Of a stretch of 64,000 bases of DNA, positions 26,886 through 40,479 are shown piece by piece (the stretch's first letter is position 1; each line of letters begins with the position of its first letter). Source of the DNA: Lama glama (Eukaryota); the NCBI GenBank assembly GCA_028534125.1, contig CM052817.1, positions 37,388,001 to 37,452,000 on the forward strand. The letters run 5' to 3'. The translations under genes were made by a program, and so were the position numbers. The notes under the pieces were generated by a model. It ran no database searches. It was not told the origin of the DNA and saw only the letters and a program-made list of their open reading frames with translations.

Positions 26886-29644
26886 AGAAACAGGAGGAGA
26901 AGGAGGGTGAGAGGGAAGAAAGAAAGGTTCAGCAGTGTCCAATGTCAATAAGTCTGGAAACCAAGAAACAAGCCTATTACTTATAAGAATTAAAACAAAC
27001 ACTGTCTTTAGGCATGACATTAATATTCTGTCCAACACTTATGACTTTTGATAGCCCTGAGCAAAGTAAGGATTCACACTCAGACTTCTATTCAGTGTGA
27101 GAAAGCGGAGCTGCCGACTCAACACACATCTGTTTCCTTTAAAATATATGCTAGTCCTGGACTAGTTTCACATGAACTTGATGACTTTTTTTTCTGGACT
27201 ACTGAAAGATTAAACTGCCATGATTAAACATTTAAACAAGTGAGCTATTGGTATATATTAAAAATAGAGCTCCACTTAGGATTTCCCCTAGCTTATCACT
27301 TGTACTGGGTATCAGAATTAAAAGGAGCACATCAGGGAGGCAAGGAGCTGGAAAGAGAAAATGTAACGAACAACAAAAACAGCTCTGTAATTGCGAGAGA
27401 GTTACTACAAAGCACAGTTATCTATCCTAACTTAATAATTAGCAACAATAGAAAACGTATGTAAATAACAGACTACAAAATATCTTTTTAATCTTGCCAC
27501 TGATAATACTGTTAACTATCATAATTGATTCTTCTACCAGAAATTATCCTGGATGCAATATCAGTAACTAGAAAACAGCCAAAAAATCATACCTCCAAAA
27601 CATCTTGGAAGTGAAATTAAAATTTTTTTCATCCTCTCAAATTTTCATTTATCTGGTATTTAAATTTCTTTGTAGAAAAACTCAGATTTAATATTCTACA
27701 GAATTTCATCCAATTGATTAAATCAAAGGGCCTCAATTAAACTGCCAACAATAATTTTTCGGGAAAATGACTAGTGACTTCAGAGCACACGTGGAAATGT
27801 AATCAGATGTGAACAGCCATAAAAGTTCTAAATGAAAATGACAAAGAATCTGTGTGAATATTAAGATCTATAAAAATACAATGAAATATATAGCACCATT
27901 GCCAGAAGAGACAATCAAAGGAACAAAAGAGTCCAACAATAAACTCAAAAATGTGATGTAATTTGGACATAGCACTCAAATCAGTAAAGACAGATGATTT
28001 AATAAATCAAGTTGAAACAACTGGCTAGCCTTTTGCTTAAAAAACAGAGGGCTCCCTAACATCCCTAGATTTTTTCATTTTTTTATTAATATGGAGATTT
28101 ATAACACACGCTTTATACTGAAATTAATTACAGATAGATCAAAATACTAAAAAGTCAAAGATCTAAAATGGGTCTCAAGAGGGTGAAGCAGCTGAGTGTG
28201 TAAATCCGGCTGTGTGGGAAATGTGGTGAACTAGAAGGCATCCGTGCTTTCCCAGCCTTTCTTTAAAGCAGGTCTCTCTGGGGCAAGCTGACAAAGCAGG
28301 TGTCTACAAGAGGGAATGAGGTGGAAGTTTGGGAGTTCTGGCTGGGGAGAGCAACATCTCTGCTCACCTGAAAAGAACGGATGGCACACCACTTGACAAG
28401 TTCTGAATTAGAAAGCTCACACCTTCTCTCAAAGAGCAGTAACTACCATCCGAGTGCTCCTCAACACTGTTCAACCTTAAATTTTTCAAGAGAAGACAGG
28501 AGTCTAGATTGTCATGTAAAAATCCTTGGCAGATATATATTTTTTAAAACACTGTGAGGGGCCAAATGAAACCCATCTGTTGACCAGATCTGTCCCATTG
28601 GCCACCAGCTTACAAGTTCTGACTGAAATGCAAAAAACGAAACCTTTCAAGTGCCAGCAGAGAACACATGACATTCTTTTCACAATCTTGAAGTAGGAAA
28701 GACCTTTCTAAGCACAATCAAAACCAGAATCCATAAAAGACAAGACATTTAACAACATAAAAATGTAAAACTTATGTGGAACCGAATATTATGAACAAGC
28801 CTAAAAAAAAGAAAAAAAAAACCACGAATGATAACAGATTCCCCTCTGGCTCTAGCAGAATGTGGACTGCTGCAGCCTGGATTACACGCTTTTCTCTGTG
28901 AGGCAGGAGAGTGTACCAAGTTGAACAACAGGACCACCAGGACCACCTGGAATACAGGAAGGATTTCCTAAATGAACCAGAAAGGAAGAGGCAGTAGGAG
29001 AGCATCAGGATGGTCCAGAATTACAGTCTCCATCATCTATTACTCGATAAAAATGTCTCCTACTTTCATATGTATTTGAATATCTCATAGTATAAATAAA
29101 AACTGATCGGTGATATTAAGAATTCCTTCTGGGTATCAGACGAGTTATTCTTAATAACTGCTTCAGAATGTAAATACACTCCCCTCAGCCAACCCTGACT
29201 GTGTACTATATGCAAGGCAGTTAACTATACGTACAGAGCTGGAGGGAAAGACGTGAAAGTCATAAAATGTAACTGACAGAATTCCCTGATTCAAGGCTCT
29301 CATAAGACAGATTTCATCATGACATTTGTTTCAGCACAAGCTGAATTGTGAACATTTTCCCAATCAGTGTGATATGGACCAGTACCTTGAACACAGAATT
29401 AAGATGCTAATCTAACATCCGTGTGTTAAGAAACGAGTTAAGAGACTCAGCGAGCACTAGACTGAAAGAAAGCATACAGCCAGTCTAACAGGTTTGATTT
29501 AACATAGAGAAAACAAATTTTCATATTTTCCTGCACCAGAGAGTTCATAAGTCACAAAAATTAAAAGGACCAAACTTACTCTCTGAAAAATAGATTATAA
29601 AATGAAATATCATCACATCTTTGAATCATGGATTTCACAGTTAC

Positions 29645-29682
29645 CTGTTGCCGCTGCTGTTGACCCTTTCGGTAAATGCCAT
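29645..29682 (-). CDS. AFF1: AFF1 (AF4/FMR2 family member 1, super elongation complex scaffold), first coding segment in exon 2 of the long isoform; the remaining CDS lies beyond the window start
   Basis: Minus strand reads GCAGCA ATG GCA TTT ACC GAA AGG GTC AAC AGC AGC GGC AAC AG|gtaact = MAFTERVNSSGN(S). This matches the recalled N-terminus of the long human AFF1 isoform (MAFTERVNSSGNSLYNDDRN...). 38 coding nt, phase-2 donor, strong Kozak context (G-3, G+4). Confidence 0.93.
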
Positions 29683-29718
29683 TGCTGCCGGTCAGTGGAA
29701 AGCGATGAGTCTATTCAT
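29645..29718 (-). other. AFF1: AFF1 exon 2 (74 nt: 36 nt 5'UTR + 38 nt CDS)
   Basis: Acceptor ctgtttccctttcag| at 29720-29719; donor CAG|gtaact at 29645/29644. Confidence 0.9.
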
Positions 29719-31884
29719 CTGAAAGGGAAACAGCAGCCTGTGAAGATCAGCCCTTAAGTAAGCTCACCGGTACACCTGACCTGCAAGAAATCTTACTGGA
29801 GACAGAATTCAGAGTTCTCTTTTGAATAAGAGAATGTTTCTTACCAAGTTGCATGTACACACTGGCTAGCATATAGCAAAGGGCAAATGCACTTTTAGTT
29901 TTAAGGCTGCTACTCAAAGCAATTTCAGCAAGGGAAAAATGTGCACAAATTTATCATGAGGAGGAAGAAAGGAAGTGACATTTCCCCAGTGTCTACTTTG
30001 TGCCAAGCATTGTGTAAAGCCCTTCTGAAAACGACATTTCATGTAAACATTAAAGTTGTAAGGTACACACAAATACCACATGTACTAAATAGTCCATTTT
30101 ATATATAAGTATATATGTGCAGTTTGCCTAACGTAACAAGTGGTCTTAACAACCGCACCACAATCAAAAGGAAAAAAGGTAAAATAATATGGATGAGAAA
30201 GAAAATGAACAGTTAATCATCACATAAGAATTCAACACTGAATTTCAAAAGTGGGCCGAGTTTTCGATGAGGCAAGTTTTCGATTTTGTTTCCACTCATA
30301 AAAGATATTTAATCCCCAAAGCAATTCTGGAGCATTCTCTCAAAACAGTACTGGTTAAAAAACGTTGTTATCCAACCTGGGCAGATGGCCTTGGTACTAT
30401 CTTGTATATCTCTAGAAACCAGCTCTCTATGGTCAACACTATCAACAGCTGTTTCCTTTTCCCTTCCTTGTATGTATTTGTGAATTTACTGCTCTTATCC
30501 TAACTTGCTTTAAATAGTTCCTATTTTTTCAAACATCCTTAAGGCAAAGGGTATGTTACTAAATTATCTTAGCACAGATTTAATAAATTGATACAAATGG
30601 AAACATGACATTTCATTTGTAGCAATTTTAGCTAGCCGGCTATGTTTAAGAGGCTAACTGTTATACTTTTTGCCTAATGCTGGAGAAAAACCAAATGAGA
30701 GTCCTTCAGCTCTACTGGGACTCCTGATAACGTCTTTTATCTCTCTCTTTCCATGAAATTAAAATTGCTGACTTGCTGACCACAATGTTTTCATAATAGT
30801 AGATTTCATTTGTCACTATCTCCTCCCCCAAAAGAATGCAACATGGATGTTACAAACATTCTAATTAAACTCACACTAGAGCTCTGAAATTTTCAGGGCC
30901 AAACATGCTTTGGAGTAGGATACTCCTCCAACCAGCTGTAGTGGCCCTAGACAAGTTTCCTAAACTCTCCAATTCAAACCACAATCGTCTCCCTCCCACC
31001 CCAACCCTGTTTGTTACTGTCTCACCTTCCCTCTCTCAAACACTTTTGTTTCTCTTCCTGCTCTTCTTTTCCTACCCTCCTTTCACCCCGCCTTCCTCCC
31101 CAACTTCACTTTCTCTCTCTCTCTCCTCCTACCCTTCTATCTCACTGCTCCCCGCCCCACCCCCCATGCTCTCTCGCTTTGCCTCTTGACTTGCAGGGCT
31201 GGCACACAAGTGATCGATAAAATAGTAGGCATTCATTTTGGCTTTAATCTTCCTAACACTGTAAAGGCTTCTCAAGAGTCCACGATGGCTGTCCCCAGCA
31301 CAACCCTTCCAATGAAGATGCCCCATCTACTTGCAGCCCAACAGCAGCCACCCCGGGGGCCCACTGGTGGAGAATGAGAAAGTACTATGGGAGGAGGCAG
31401 GCTGGGCTGTTGCGGGATGCCAACCTGAGAGAGTGGTCCTGAGTTCACTTGTTCTGCTCATTTACTCACTGAGCCAACAAATATTTCCTGAGCATCTACT
31501 GTGAGAGAGAAGGAAACAGGCACTTGCCATCACTGAGTTTACAAACTACAGGAGGTGAACAAAGATGACATATAATATACAGACATTAGATTTTAAAAGG
31601 TATTATAGAGAAAAACAAAGTGAAAAGCGAAGAGTGCCAGAGAGGAAAGGAGGTAAGGTGTTGCAATTTTACACAGAGTGGTCAGAGAAGGAAACATTTC
31701 AGCAAAGGCTTAAAGGAAGGGAGGAGCAAGCCATGCAGAGAATAGTAAACGAGGGTCTAGCACTCTGGGTGTCGATGTTCATCAACTGTAACAAATGAAC
31801 CTCTCTAAGTGGGAGATGCTTGTTACAGGGGAGCCCGGGGGAGGGCAGTGAGGTCTACCGGAAAGCCCTTCCATTCAATTTTGC

Positions 31885-32000
31885 TGAAAGAAAGGAGGGA
31901 GGGAGGAAGAGAAAGAAAGACAGGAAGGAAGGAAGAGAGGGATGGAGGAAAGAAAAAAAAGGAAGGAAGGCAGGCAGGCAGGCAGACAGGCAGACAGATA
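31885..32000. repeat. Compound purine-rich microsatellite (GGAA/GGCA/GACA)
   Basis: Direct reading; follows an L1 3' fragment at ~31760-31880. Confidence 0.85.
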
Positions 32001-34469
32001 GCCTATTTTCTTTTAATGGTCCTAGAAACTGATGAGTCCAAGACTAAAGGAGTCAGCTGAATCCCTGGGTCTCTCTACTGGTTTCTTGGGTAGATGAGTC
32101 AAGTACAAAGTGAAAGACATATTCGAGGAATCTGGCCCCTTCATGCAGCCAGTGCCTCGTCTGCACAATTCAAATTCGTAACTTTGCATGGAGGCTTGAT
32201 CCTTTCCCACGGAGTCAGGGGCAAGGAGGCAGCATTGCCAGATTATTGGCTCTTTAAGTCTCGCAGGAACGACCAAATTCAGCCTATGGAAGTTTGCTTG
32301 GGTGATGATGTACATATGATTTGCACAGCTGCATGGAGAGCAACCCAGATACAAGGTTAGTTAGGCTAGAATGGAGATCTTTTGTAGCCAGGAAGTTATT
32401 ACCCTAAACCGCTGCTAAGAAAGGCAATTAGTATATGCTTCAGTTAATGTCTCCTTCAAAGACTTTCTTAAAAATACTCACATTTGTACAAGGAGATTTG
32501 TGCAATAAAATGTTTATAATAGCAAGAAAACTGGTAACAACCTAACACCTACCGTCACAGAAATAGTTAATAAATTATGATACATCATAATGAGATGCAA
32601 TATAGCATCAAAAAGAATAGGTTTCTCCAAACAAGATGCTGAACAAAATGTACAATGTGAGCCAATTTGTTTAAAAAGAAAATGCTTTCTTTTTATATTT
32701 ATGCATAACACATACCCATATAACACACACGCACACAACCACTCTCTGGAAAGGGGCACTTTCGTCTTTTATTATGCATACTATGAATCCTTTATTACCT
32801 GTGTAAACATTTTTCTTTCTAAATATGGAGATGGGGGGAATGGATGTCCCAGATCATAAATATTGAAATCAGAAGTTCTTCCCAAAGTTTTCACACATTT
32901 TTATATCACTGTCACAAGATTATAAAGACAAAGTAGAATAATAAATGAGGGGGCAGTTTAAAGTCCTTCCATTAAAACAAGCAGGGAAGATACGAACTCG
33001 GCTCTATTTAAAAGACAGAGCAGGGCTGTATAACACACAGAGAGTAAGTTCAAGGGAGACAGGTGATCACTTCGGGCAAATTAAGCCCTACCAGCCTCAG
33101 TGATGCTCCCATCTGTAAAATGGAAAACAGCCTCTTTTACAGAGATACTGAGGAGAGTGCTTTGTAACAGCTAAGCTAAAACGTCCAGCACACTGACATA
33201 CGAAAAGCACTCAATACACAGCAGTTCTTATTTAAGTCAGCAATGTCTATCTTACATTTTATGTAACTGAAGCAGACTAAATTTCATGTAGGCATGTACC
33301 CTGCCAGATTTATTTAAGTGACCCTTCTATAGTCCTTCCAGCCTCTTGCAATGCAAATTTATTCAGAAATTAAAATGTCATGTATATCAAACTACTTTTC
33401 CTCCCAAAATAGCAGGTAAAACATTTCAAGTAAATTTTTTTCTTGTTTTTTTAAGTCTTACACTCACACCATACACATATATAATTATATAATTACAATT
33501 AAAAAAAAAAGGAGGAAGAATACCAAGAAATGATTCAGGATATTTTCAAATATTCTGTTCTAGGTCATTAAGTGCTTCCAACCCTGTATTTCTGGGGAAC
33601 CTGCTCTTAGGAATCTTTGTGATATGCTGGTTAAAAGGCCTGCTTTACAACCTACCAGCTATACGAAAATCAAGAAATCACTGTTCTTCCCCAAGGTCTC
33701 AGCCTCTCATCAGTGATACGGGGCTTCATGGGGTTGTCGGAGGGTTCAATAAAATGTGTGCAAGATTTTTAGCACAATGCCTGGCTCATGGTAAGCACTC
33801 AATAAATGATTGTAGTAGTTGTTCTGGTTATTTTTCTGCCAACCAAAGCACATGCTTGAGACAAGCCATACATTAGAGAAGCTTTTCAACTAGACAAACA
33901 GTGCTAAGCAGATCTCAAAGCCCCATGATCAATGACCCAGTTTCCAAAGGGGAATATGAGGAAAATAACGATCCAGAAGCCAGAGGATGCACCGTCTGGT
34001 CAGTAGTCGCTAGTCAGATCCACTTCCCCTTCTCCACACATACCCTTCAGGAATAACAGTCTCTTGGTAACTGGCAAAGTGTCAGGAATGAGTCATGGGT
34101 CATACACTGTTTTCATCTGAATTCTCCAGAAATTTACCACAAGCAGCTCATAATCTCCCAGGGCCCCAAAATGACTTGATCACCTGCAATTCCTTTAGCT
34201 CTCCAGTGCCACACGAAGCCCACAAGCTTAGAAATCCACAATGGAATGTGATTTCTCCAACTATCTCTTCTCTACTTCAAATCCTCTCTCTAGGGGGCTC
34301 TGATGTTGCCCCCACACTCAAGTATGCATCCCCCATGTCATCAGCTCCCTCCCATCATTCAGGTCTCAGATCAATGACGCATTCTCAGAGCAGCTTCCCC
34401 TGAATACAGCTGCCAGCATAGCAGCGCTGTGCCCTCCAGCCAACCCATGCTCACTCCATTGTACTCCAT

Positions 34470-34995
34470 GTGTGTCTAGCTGCAAGAACCACCACTTAAT
34501 TATCAGAGATTTACACTTCTCCCACAGCAAGTCTAGAGGAGGGTGGCTACTGGTGTAATTTTAGCTGTTCAGTGAGGCCGTTGGGAACGCTGGCTCTTTT
34601 TGCTCCACCATCTTTTAGCATGTTGCCTTTGTGTTTGTCATCTCATGGCACAAAAAGGTTGCTGCCAAAACCAGACATCTTATCAACACTCCAGGCTGGT
34701 AGATGAGAGGAGAAAGGTGCAGCTGTGTCAGCCACCTCTGTCTCCTTTCATCAGGGAAGGAAAATCCTTCCCCAAACCTTTGCTATCTAAACACCAGAAC
34801 TAGGTCACATGGCCTCCTCCAGCTGCAGGGGAAGCAGGTAAATCAGGATACAAATTGTTACCACTGACCGAGAACAAACATGATCTGTCACCTAAGGCTG
34901 CGCACGGTGTCATTCCACAGACACAATCAAGGTTCTCTTAGCAACGAAAAAATGGGAATGCGCATCAGGGCGGAAAAATAACAGTGCTGGCCACC
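34470..34995. mobile_element. MaLR LTR (MLT1-like)
   Basis: tagctgcaagaaccaccacttaa...ccagaactaggtcacatggcctcctccagctgcagggg. Confidence 0.55.
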
Positions 34996-35915
34996 CTTAT
35001 CTTTCCACGGTATGTACTACCATCTGCAATTACCTTGCGCTAAATAAATAAAAACATACAAACATAAACAGGTGTTAATTGCTTATATCCCCTTAACAGA
35101 ATGCAAGCTCCAGGTCTAGCTTTACATATGTAGACCCAGAGCTTATGTTTTAAAATAACCGACTGTCAAATTTCTCACCGTAGGCAGATAGTATAGGTAC
35201 TGGAACTATAGTGAGGATGGTCTAAATAACGCTACAGTAGCAAATTAACCCCAAAGTTTCAGCGGGGGCTTGACAGAACGGAAACTTATTTCATGCTTAT
35301 TCTTTGTGTCTACTGTATATGGGGGGAGGGGGTAGGCAGGGAGCTTTTCTCTGTATCGAGAAGCCTAAGCTGGGAAAAAACTCAAGTTGGAAGCTCCACT
35401 ATCTCCAAATGTGGCTACAAGGTTTACTATAGTGAAAAAGAAAGGTGGAGGGTCTCACAGAGCCACTTAAATGCATCAGTCCAGAAATACCCGTATGTAA
35501 CTCCCATAGACAGCCCACTGGACAGAATTAGTCAGTGATTCTGTGTAACCTAAGGAGGCAAAGACACATGCGAGAGCACATGAATGTTGGTAGTGTTTCT
35601 GCCTCACTCCCCAATGGACTGGCAAAATATCACACAATGTATTATCCCCATTTTAGAATTTAGACCCATTAAATAAATTTCTCAGAACAAAATCAAAGTT
35701 AGGGATCCTCAGTAAAGCAATTATTTCATCTTATAAGACAATACTTACCATTATAAAAAGAAGGGAAAAGATTTTTTTCAGGAGTAATGGTAAATATTTA
35801 TATAGCACTTCTCATATTCTGCTCCAAGTACTTGCCAAATCTCAGTACCTTTAATCTACCCAGTAAAGGAGGAACTACAGTATTGTTAACCCCATTTTAT
35901 AAGGGAACGGAAAAG

Positions 35916-36394
35916 TGTTGGAAGCCAGTCATCCCCGGGCCTGTGGTATTTCTGCGTGTTCACGCACAGGCATTAACCGCCTTCATTCCAGACAATCTTC
36001 AAGGATGCTTGTATAGAGAAGAGCCTTAAGAAAACATACGTGTCTTTCTGGAGCAAAGGGCAGTATGTTTACTGTCCAGTATAATCAAAATAATGTCTCC
36101 CTCTGAAGCAAAGGGCAGGAAGGCATGCTTACTGCCCATTATAAAAGACTAAGATTCCCTAAACTCAGGATTCCTCTCCTTAATACAGCTGTGTTTATAG
36201 GTGTCATCTGGTTCTCTTCACACCTCTCCTCTTTAGAAACTGGGGCTGAGGGGACCAGGGTAAGAAAACAATGATACTCTGGCTATAGCCATTATTATGA
36301 GTAATAAAGCCTTTCCCAGGAGTCCATGAAACTGAAGATTAGCTTGTTGGCTTAAAAGTAGGGTGAAATCTCAGAGCTTTCACAGTTCTTGACA
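35916..36394 (+). mobile_element. ERV1 solo LTR (MER34-like) inserted in a MIR
   Basis: TG...CA ends, duplicated ctccctctgaagcaaagggcag motif, TATAAAA at ~36140, AATAAA at ~36303; MIR halves on both sides. Confidence 0.7.
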
Positions 36395-36504
36395 AGAAGT
36401 TAAGTAATTTGCCTAAGGTCTGACAGCTAGTAGGTGGCATATCCAAGATTCAAGCCCAAGCTGTCTGGTTCAGAAATCAAACTTTAAAGTTCTTTGCTAT
36501 ACTG

Positions 36505-36705
36505 AAGCAGCTCTCAAAAAACGTGTAATTCCAAAACTAGCAGTATTGAATCACCCGTGAACATGGTACAAGAGCAAATTCTTGGGCATCACCCCAGACC
36601 TATTGAATCAAAACCTCAGAGTGGGGGGGAGGGGGAAGGGGAGAAATAAATGTGCTTTAAAAGCCTTCCAGGAGACTGATGCTTATTAAGTTTGAAAAAC
36701 ACTGC
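36505..36705. mobile_element. MER5A-like hAT-Charlie MITE
   Basis: caaattcttgggcatcaccccagacctattgaatca...aagtttgaaaaacactg. Confidence 0.75.
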
Positions 36706-38228
36706 TAAGTTGCATATATTCACTGTATCTATGAGATTGAAGGAAATGGTATGGATATATCCTGATTTCCATAGGGATGTGAACTGACCTTTCATAACCT
36801 GAATAATGGATTTGAAGTACTAAGGGAGATGATTCCTCAGCCCTTGTATTTAGTTTTTAGGAAGGTAAGAATCTTTATTTGGAGCAAAACAAACATCACA
36901 TGTCTGTTTAACAGGTCTGCACATTTTCCTTTGGAGTCACGAATATATGTCCGGAATGTTAAATGAAAATACCTGCTTTTTTATTCCCATAATGATTAGA
37001 AAGAATTACTTAGCCAAAGAGAAACACTATTTATATTTGAGAGTCAAGCTGTAATTCTTGAAAAACAGGAAACCACATATCAACAGTGTACCATAGTAGA
37101 AAGGGCACCAGGCTTTGAGTCACAGAGTCAAGTCACTTAACTTCTTCAACTCAATTTCCTGATTTTAAAATGGAAAATGAACTTCAACTTCAGAGTTGCA
37201 ATTAGGTTTAAATGATATGTCATGTGAAAGCCATGGGTAAACAGCTTTTGTGCTACATGAATGTAAACTCTACCTTCATGGGCTCTTTCTCTTTCTAGAT
37301 CTGGTGTTATCAGTTCCTCCAGTGCTTAGAGTACTGTCTGGCACATAGAAGATGCCCGATACTTATAAGGTATTAGAAATGAATATGAGATATTATATTA
37401 ATGATGTAATTGATGCCTCTGGGCTCCATGTGTCACAATCATCTCAGTCTTTTAATAAGAAAAACTCACTCCAACAAGAAATCCTTAGTCATGTTTAAAA
37501 TGGGCCAGATAATTTAAGAAAATCAGCTGATTTTCTTCCCCGGAGAACACTACTGACAGAGCTCTGTCCTCAGGCATAAGACAGAAACTCCTATTAACAA
37601 CCCTGATGGCCCTCGAGTCTCCTGGTCTGAAGTCTATCATAATCTCTTGTGCATATACAGTCAAAAATAAAGGATGTGTACCTACAAAGAACAAATACTT
37701 TACATTTACATCTGCAAAGAGGTAGAATTTTAGTAAATGGATTTACAGGGTTTATGTAAGCGATTTTAATAAAATCTAAGATTCAATATAGCAAATATTA
37801 AATAAGCTACTACTGTGCATAAAAAAGTGACTGATAGAAAACCACTGTCAATATACTTTGGGAACAGAAATCACTGTTGAATTTATAATTTAATGAAAAA
37901 ATATAACTTATTTACTAAACTTTTTATATTTATGGTAAAAGTGGTTCCTTAATTTGTACTCTCTCCAACACACTTTCTCAATCTCCTGAAAAATTAGTTA
38001 ATGGTCTAGTCTTGAAATAGGGGAACTTTGGGCTTGTAGCTTCAACAGACATATCTAAGTCAGCAAATGAATTCAAGCTGAAGGGCTGCTTTCAGTGCAG
38101 AGCTTCAACAGTAAAGAGAATATCCCAGCTATGTTGCCTATATCCTAAGGGACCTGGGCAGGGTATACTGCCCCCTATGTATGTTGTAACAATCCAGGCA
38201 CTTATATATACATCAGTTCTACCTTTTA

Positions 38229-38368
38229 TTTTTATTTATGTATTTTTTTTTTGGTGAGGGGAGGTAATTAGGTTTTATTTTTGTTTTTGGAGCAGGTACT
38301 GGGGATTGAACCCAGGACCTTGTGTAGTCTAAGCATGTGCTCTACCACTTGAGCTATACCCTCCCCCC
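38229..38368 (-). mobile_element. Camelid tRNA-derived SINE
   Basis: Consensus in reverse; TSD agttctacctttta. Confidence 0.92.
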
Positions 38369-38544
38369 TAGTTCTACCTTTTAACAAGTGAAAGCATTAA
38401 GGCCATTTCAGGACTTGGAATTTTACCAGTCCACTAACTTCCTAAGAGAATATGCAAGTATGTTTGATGAAAAAGCACAAATTACAGAGTTGAGCAAGAA
38501 ACTTTCATTTGCTTTTTTAAAAATATGGAAAACAAGTTTGCCCT

Positions 38545-38697
38545 TTTTTCTTTTTTTTTTTTTTTTTTTTTTGAGAGGGGGTAAGGGAGAGGAGGTAATT
38601 AGGCTTTTTTTTTTTTAATGAAGGTACTGGGGATGTTGAACCCAGGACCTTGCGCATGCTAAGCACACACTCTGCCACTGAGCTATACCCTCCCCTG
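38545..38697 (-). mobile_element. Camelid tRNA-derived SINE
   Basis: Consensus in reverse; TSD aagtttgcc(c)tttt. Confidence 0.92.
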
Positions 38698-40479
38698 AAG
38701 TTTGCCTTTTCTAAGCTTATTTTTTATCCATCTTTTCAACTCCCAAGGCAATATAACTTCCACTAAACAATCATGTGGCTACAGTGATTTGTAGAGGTTC
38801 CTAATAAAGATGCAACTCCTATATGTATCTCTATTAAACAGTACTCTTCAAATGTAATTCAAAACCAAATTAAGCAAGTATCTTAATCAATAAAAAAGGT
38901 AGCTATTAGTTCCACCAACTCCTTGCAAAATTCGGTTAACCAATAGGAAACAGAAGAGAAAGCCAGTTTTGATGTAGTCTAACTACATTCTGGCTTATAG
39001 CCCCACAGTGAAATACTGACTTCTGGTGGCAAAAAATGCATGTGTACTCTGCATCTGGCAGGAGAAAGCAATGTTGAAAAATCACCTAGATTTTACTGTT
39101 GCCATAAATTCTCAGTCTCTTGATGATTTTTGTATTCTAAATTAACACATTATGAGTCTTCAAAATCACATTTTTACACAGTTAAGTAAATACCAAATGC
39201 CAAAGACTACAGAAATTCAATTGCTACAGTGAATAAAACATATTAACTCTGATGTATAGCAGTTCATTTTCTTCCTGTAAGTAGAAAGGAAAGAGTTCAC
39301 ATCCCCAGCCTCATCACTCCTGCAAGTTCTATTTAGAAATGGAAAGAGGGGGAGGGAAGTCCCCAATATCTTTTTTTTTTTTTTTACAGCGTTGTGTCCC
39401 ACTCTTCAATACCTCTTCGTCTTAAAGCGACCAAATCTGTTCCAAATACTGTCTTTGGTACCCTCCCTCCTAAATTAGCTGAATTCAGATTAGGCTTCTC
39501 AGTTTTAAGTACTAGTTATCTATTTTCTGGCTTTCTCTTAGTCTCTCTTCATATTCTCTTGGGTCATTATCCTTCAGTTCTCTCCATCCACTTAGGCATA
39601 TTTATCTTCAAATACAATTCTTTCCAACACTGGCAAGAGACACCATCTTTAAATAAAACAGGCGAATCATCCAGAATTTTCAACCCTCCTGTGAATTTAT
39701 TTCCAGAGTATTCACTCAAGGAATCCTTTCCACTAAGATGAAAGGCAAGCTAAGGAAATACATTAGACAGAGGAAGTAAACATTGAAACAGGGCCATGCC
39801 TAGGTATTCTTAAGTCTCTGAGCAGAATTAGACTCTCAAGTCCAAAGGTTTTCTCGTGTCTTCCATCCTAAGTCTAACCCCACGCAGGTTCAGGAGAGAT
39901 GTTCCACTACAGACCCTACCATCTACCACTTCTGCATGACCTTGCTGTGATATAATCTGGCACAAGCAAAATCCCCCAAACTCTCAGGCCGGTTCCTTGC
40001 CTGAGGTTTCTGTGCCTCAATTACTAAGCTCACCTTGCAACCGTCCCAGGGGACACTGGATCTTCGCCTTAACGTGCGCTTTCGCCTTTAAAAGTTTTAA
40101 ATGTCTGGCTTCTCGATGGTACGTAATCCCCCACCCACCCCCGCCTCCAACGTGCACCAACAAAGCTAAAAGGACCCTATCCCACCCTTGAAAAAACAAA
40201 ATTTCGTCTGCAAGACCTTCCCCCACCGCCCACCTTCACCGCCCCCTCCTCAATGGAGAGGGGCTCCCGGAAGATTCGGACACAACTCCACCTCCAAAGC
40301 CAAGGGTCTTCCTGAGAAATTTGCACAACAATACGGGGTCTGTGTGTAAACTCCTAGAAGACTAACCTAGGAGGAAATTATCAAGACCCTCGAAGGTCCC
40401 TCGCAGCTTCATTAACGTAACCACCGTTACAGTGAGGTAAAGTATGATTCCTGTAACCCTCCAATTCCTCTCCCTTTTA

